64,000 nucleotides of DNA from an uncultured Verrucomicrobiae bacterium (GTDB lineage Bacteria > Verrucomicrobiota > Verrucomicrobiia > Chthoniobacterales > JAFAMB01). The stretch's first letter is position 1. Each line of letters begins with the position of its first letter. The notes under the pieces are model-generated. The model was not told the DNA's origin. It saw only the letters and a list, made by a program, of their open reading frames with translations, and did not search any database. Location of the stretch: positions 864,001 through 928,000 of the forward strand of contig CAWEXO010000011.1 in NCBI GenBank assembly GCA_963813025.1, read 5' to 3'. This document shows positions 63,027 to 64,000 of this stretch, one piece after another. Made by a program: the position numbers and the translations under genes.

Positions 63027-63476
63027 ATGAAGGCTTGGGTCGGCAGCACTATCATTTTCCTCGGTTTCCATCTCTCGATTTTTGGCGCCGACCAGAACGT
63101 TCGCGTTTTCCGTCCAGTTGATCCGGTGGCTCTGGAAGAAAAAGTCCCGGCTGGCTCTGGGCACGTTTTCGTAGACGCCGCGCGAACTTATAAGCTCGAT
63201 CCAGTTTTGCTCGCCGCCATATCGGCCCATGAAACGGGTAGATGGAGAAGTGTGGCTGCGCGGAAGAAGAACAATTGGATGGGACTAAGGACGTCCAGGG
63301 GTGCGAAGCGCTTTTCTAAACCGGAAGATTCGATTTATTACGCGGCCCGGCTCCTGAACCAAAGACCATTTCGCGGTCGGAACATGTTGAGCCAGATCGC
63401 CGCACTGTATTGCGCGACCAACCCCTCCTACTGGAGAGCGAGCGTTCTTCGGTGGGAGCGCGTTCTGAGCCGCTAG
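63027..63476 (+). CDS. Secreted lysozyme-like/glucosaminidase domain protein
   Basis: Signal peptide, DPVLLAAISAHETG, KNNWMGL, YCATNPSYW. Confidence 0.7.
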   Translation: MKAWVGSTIIFLGFHLSIFGADQNVRVFRPVDPVALEEKVPAGSGHVFVDAARTYKLDPVLLAAISAHETGRWRSVAARKKNNWMGLRTSRGAKRFSKPEDSIYYAARLLNQRPFRGRNMLSQIAALYCATNPSYWRASVLRWERVLSR

Positions 63477-63672
63477 TGCACCGTCTCTCATATAATGGTG
63501 CCATCGCCGCGGCCCAAAGGGTTGCGTTGAAAATGGGCCGGCGGCGGCGTTGCTCCTCGGTTACGTATCGATTCAGATATGCGCCCTTCTCGCGCCTTGC
63601 CGGCGGCCCATTTTGAACGCAACCCTTTGGGCCGCGGCGATGGCACCAGTATATGAGAGACGGTGCACTAGC
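63472..63672. mobile_element. 201-bp MITE-like element with 74-bp terminal inverted repeats
   Basis: 63472-63545 vs 63599-63672 reverse complement, 3 mismatches; both ends carry CTAG; 53-bp spacer; no transposase. Confidence 0.75.
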
Positions 63673-63739
63673 ACCAGCCTGCCTCACTCACAAACCCTGA
63701 GGGATCTTCGAGCGATGCAGCCTGCGACCCAGCAACTGA

Positions 63740-64000
63740 TCAGAGTGTCCGGCAGAACTCTTCGAACCGGTCCAAACCTTTCTTGATCACGTCCAGGCTG
63801 GTCGCGTAGCTGAATCGGATCGTGCGATCGTCCCCAAACGCAGCGCCGGGAACAACCACCACATTGAACTTGCTCAGAAGCCGATCGGCGAAATTCTGAG
63901 AAGTCAATCCCAGCTTGCCCACATTGACGAGAAAATAGAAGGCGCCCGCCGGACGGACAAAGCTCACCTTGGCAATTTTAGAAAATCGATCCGCCATGTA
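63740..64000 (-). CDS. PLP-dependent aminotransferase class I/II C-terminus (5' partial)
   Basis: PAGAFY, VVVVPGAAFG, IRFSYATS. Confidence 0.88.
   Translation of the reverse strand, partial: YMADRFSKIAKVSFVRPAGAFYFLVNVGKLGLTSQNFADRLLSKFNVVVVPGAAFGDDRTIRFSYATSLDVIKKGLDRFEEFCRTL

Overview
A ~58%-GC-looking (estimated by eye) chromosomal window that is mostly housekeeping. Gene content and protein style suggest a Verrucomicrobia (Chthoniobacterales/Spartobacteria-like) bacterium; this is inference. It contains the F1Fo ATP synthase operon (atpBEFHAGDC), hisD, mqnD, a dksA-like gene with rpmG-rpsR-rpsA, an MdtABC-type RND pump, an RRM gene with infA, pyrH-frr, plant-type leuCD, glycosyltransferases, MFS/EamA/MbfA transporters, riboflavin synthase, a GGQ rescue factor, sucC-VOC-sucD and citrate synthase. 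I found no rRNA, tRNA, CRISPR array, integrase or transposase. The most distinctive unexplained structure is non-coding. Many of the larger intergenic gaps, including gaps inside operons, hold fold-back elements of several families: 35-74 bp inverted repeats, a modular GTAG/REP-like family seen at three sites, a 201-bp CTAG-ended MITE-like element, and inverted arrays of 7- and 9-bp tandem repeats, one pair bracketing a whole MFS gene. Other points of note are an orphan DUF4255 (eCIS tail-terminator-like) gene, an adenylate-forming enzyme homologue lacking catalytic motifs, a multiply disrupted kinase-pseudokinase-Sel1 gene, and single-base indels in rpsA and dksA that are most likely assembly errors. 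Family assignments come from motif recognition only; no database searches were run.
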